64,000 nucleotides of DNA from Fistulifera solaris. Taxonomy: Eukaryota. The position numbers were made by a program, and so were the translations under genes. The notes beneath the pieces were generated by a model. The model saw only the letters and a program-made list of their open reading frames with translations, did no database searches and had not been told where the DNA came from. The first letter of the stretch is position 1, and each line of letters begins with the position of its first letter. Below are positions 61,804-64,000 of the stretch, piece by piece. Location of the stretch: positions 1,922,001 to 1,986,000 of the forward strand of contig AP026125.1 of assembly GCA_030295235.1 (NCBI GenBank), read 5' to 3'.

Positions 61804-62982
61804 GCGATCATACAGAAATTCTGTGGGTTGGGTCCAGAAATTCTGGACCATCGGTGTTTGCGATCATACAGAAATTCTGTGCAGGTTGGTCCAGAAATTC
61901 TGGACCATCGGTGTCTGCGATCATTCAGAAATTCTGTGGAGGTTGGTCAGAAATTCTGGACCATCGGTGTTTACAAACATACAGAAATTCTGTGCAGGTT
62001 GGTCCAGAAATTCTGGACCATCGGTGTTTACAAACATACAGAAATTCTGTGCAGGTTGGTCCAGAAATTCTGGACCATCGGTGTTTCCAAACATACAGAA
62101 ATTCTGTGCAGGTTGGTCCAGAAATTCTGGACCATCGGTGTCTGCGATCATTCAGAAATTCTGTGGAGGTTGGTCAGAAATTCTGGACCATCGGTGTTTG
62201 CGATCATACAGAAATTCTGTGCAGGTTGGTCCAGAAATTCTGGACCATCGGTGTCTGCGATCATTCAGAAATTCTGTGGAGGTTGGTCAGAAATTCTGGA
62301 CCATCGGTGTTTGCGATCATACAGAAATTCTGTGGAGGTTGGTCCAGAAATTCTGGACCATCGGTGTTTACAAACATACAGAAATTCTGTGCAGGCTGGT
62401 CCAGAAATTCTGGACCATCGGTGTTTACAAACATACAGAAATTCTGTGGAGGTTGGTCCAGAAATTCTGGACCATCGGTGTCTGCGATCATTCAGAAATT
62501 CTGTGGAGGTTGGTCCAGAAATTCTGGACCATCGGTGTTTGCGATCATTCAGAAATTCTGTGCAGGTTGGTCCAGAAATTCTGGACCATCGGTGTGTGCG
62601 ATCATACAGAAATTCTGTGCAGGTTGGTCAGAAATTCTGGACCATCGGTGTTTGCGATCATACAGAAATTCTGTGGAGGTTGGTCAGAAATTCTGGACCA
62701 TCGGTGTTTACAAACATACAGAAATTCTGTGCAGGCTGGTCAGAAATTCTGGACCATCGGTGTTTACAAACATACAGAAATTCTGTGGAGGTTGGTCCAG
62801 AAATTCTGGACCATCGGTGTTTGCGATCATACAGAAATTCTGTGGAGGTTGGTCCAGAAATTCTGGACCATCGGTGTTTACAAACATACAGAAATTCTGT
62901 GGAGGTTGGTCCAGAAATTCTGGACCATCGGTGTTTACAAACATACAGAAATTCTGTGATTTTCCTTCCAGAAATTCTGGAA
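61804..62982. repeat. 57-bp minisatellite, 20 full units plus a diverged end unit, each with two palindromes
   Basis: Unit CAGAAATTCTGTG(C/G)AGGTTGGTCCAGAAATTCTGGACCATCGGTGT(T/C)T(GCGAT/ACAAA)CAT(A/T). Some units are 56 bp. Confidence 0.97.
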
Positions 62983-63109
62983 CGTCAAGGAAAGCAGACT
63001 TTTTGAAGAAAGGCAAAAACGCGACAAGGCTGCCAATTGTTACAAAAGTAAACCACAGCCATATTATCAATTACTGCCTTTATCTCTTTTCTAATATATT
63101 ATCATAACA

Positions 63110-64000
63110 ATGGAATCATCTTGCTCTGCAACAGAAAAGATTGATACAATTCACAACTGGCTGCATTCCGCCGGCGTCGCAATGCCATCACCACGCGACT
63201 TTGTCGATGCCTACTGTGTCCAACTGCGCTCACTCGACATTCCAATCGACCGCTTTTGGATGTCAGCAGTCGTTCTTCATCCTCTGACTGCCGCACATGC
63301 AGTCAAATGGGAAGCCGAAGGGGGTCGAATCACTGAACGAAGCTGGTCGCGTGATCATTTTATTCGATTTGTTACAAACCCAGCCGACAATCAGCAAGCA
63401 GCGGCATCACGGTCACCCATGTATCAACTCATGATGGGAGCGGCGTCCGTCACTATCAAAGACACAGATTCTGATATACCGCCCGATTGCAACTGGATGA
63501 TACCGGAAGGATACACGGAACTGTTTGCTTTACCCCCACCGGGAAAATTCGAGGCGTGGTCACTTGAAGCGGGGGTTCAACCCGGGAAATTGGAAGGGGG
63601 CTTTACTTGGTCCACGAAACAAGTTGGAGGATTTACCGAACAGGAAAAGGAAATTCTCATTCGAACCGTTGGAGCATTAAGTACAGTCACGCGTCTTTAC
63701 ATTGCCTTGGAGAACAGTAAATCACTGTTGCAAGCCTATTTGGGAGAAGATGCCGGTTCTCGCGTTCATCGAGGCGAAATCGATCGAGGAGAAGGATTAA
63801 CGATACGAAGCGTCGTTTGGTTCAGTGATGTTCGCGGTTTCACGCAAATGTCGTGTGAATTATCACGCTTGGAGCTGATTGATGTACTGAACAGCGTCTT
63901 CGAACTGACGCACAAAATTATACAAAAACATGGGGGGCAAATATTGAAACTAATTGGCGATGGTTGCATGGCCATCTTCTCTCAATCATCAAAAGGATTT
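63110..64000 (+). CDS. Class III adenylate/guanylate cyclase, proteobacterial type, 3'-truncated by the window edge
   Basis: Hand-translated (absent from the ORF track): MESSCS...LDIPIDRFW..VLHP...LLQAYLGEDAGSRVHRGEIDRGEG...VVWFSDVRGFT...HGGQILKLIGDGCMAIF. Confidence 0.9.
   Translation, partial: MESSCSATEKIDTIHNWLHSAGVAMPSPRDFVDAYCVQLRSLDIPIDRFWMSAVVLHPLTAAHAVKWEAEGGRITERSWSRDHFIRFVTNPADNQQAAASRSPMYQLMMGAASVTIKDTDSDIPPDCNWMIPEGYTELFALPPPGKFEAWSLEAGVQPGKLEGGFTWSTKQVGGFTEQEKEILIRTVGALSTVTRLYIALENSKSLLQAYLGEDAGSRVHRGEIDRGEGLTIRSVVWFSDVRGFTQMSCELSRLELIDVLNSVFELTHKIIQKHGGQILKLIGDGCMAIFSQSSKGF

Noticed and set aside
61804..62982. CRISPR-like array (palindromic repeats at fixed spacing)
   Set aside because: The intervening sequences are near-identical rather than unique spacers, there are no cas genes, and the context is eukaryotic.
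61701..63107. Three overlapping 400-468-aa ORFs over the minisatellite
   Set aside because: The 57-bp unit lacks stop codons in all + frames, so the ORFs are by-products of the repeat.
1..64000. tRNA, rRNA or telomeric repeats
   Set aside because: None recognised by eye; tRNAscan-SE or Infernal would be needed to exclude them formally.

Overview
Gene-dense eukaryotic DNA with short GT-AG introns, most consistent with a diatom (silicanin-like gene, a 'W..LPLH' ankyrin-like family, bipartite plastid-targeting peptides). About 30 host genes can be recognised, including an aldo-keto reductase, kinesin, Maf1, OTU deubiquitinase, arsenite methyltransferase, VAP, sirtuin, GT2, DENN protein, ERCC1 and a bacterial-type adenylate cyclase. 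Many are broken by single-base frameshifts in homopolymers, which points to uncorrected long-read errors, so gene models were joined by hand. Main accessory features: (1) a complete 5.86-kb Mutator-like DNA transposon (48334-54193) with identical 130-bp TIRs and a 9-bp TSD, encoding a DDE/SWIM/zinc-knuckle transposase and a Ulp1/SENP-type SUMO-protease domain; (2) a 788-bp non-autonomous element with ~180-bp TIRs and a TA target site; (3) an ~20-unit 57-bp double-palindrome minisatellite upstream of the cyclase; (4) degenerate 210-245-bp tandem repeats in two other divergent promoter regions. All protein calls rest on motif recognition by eye; no database search was run.
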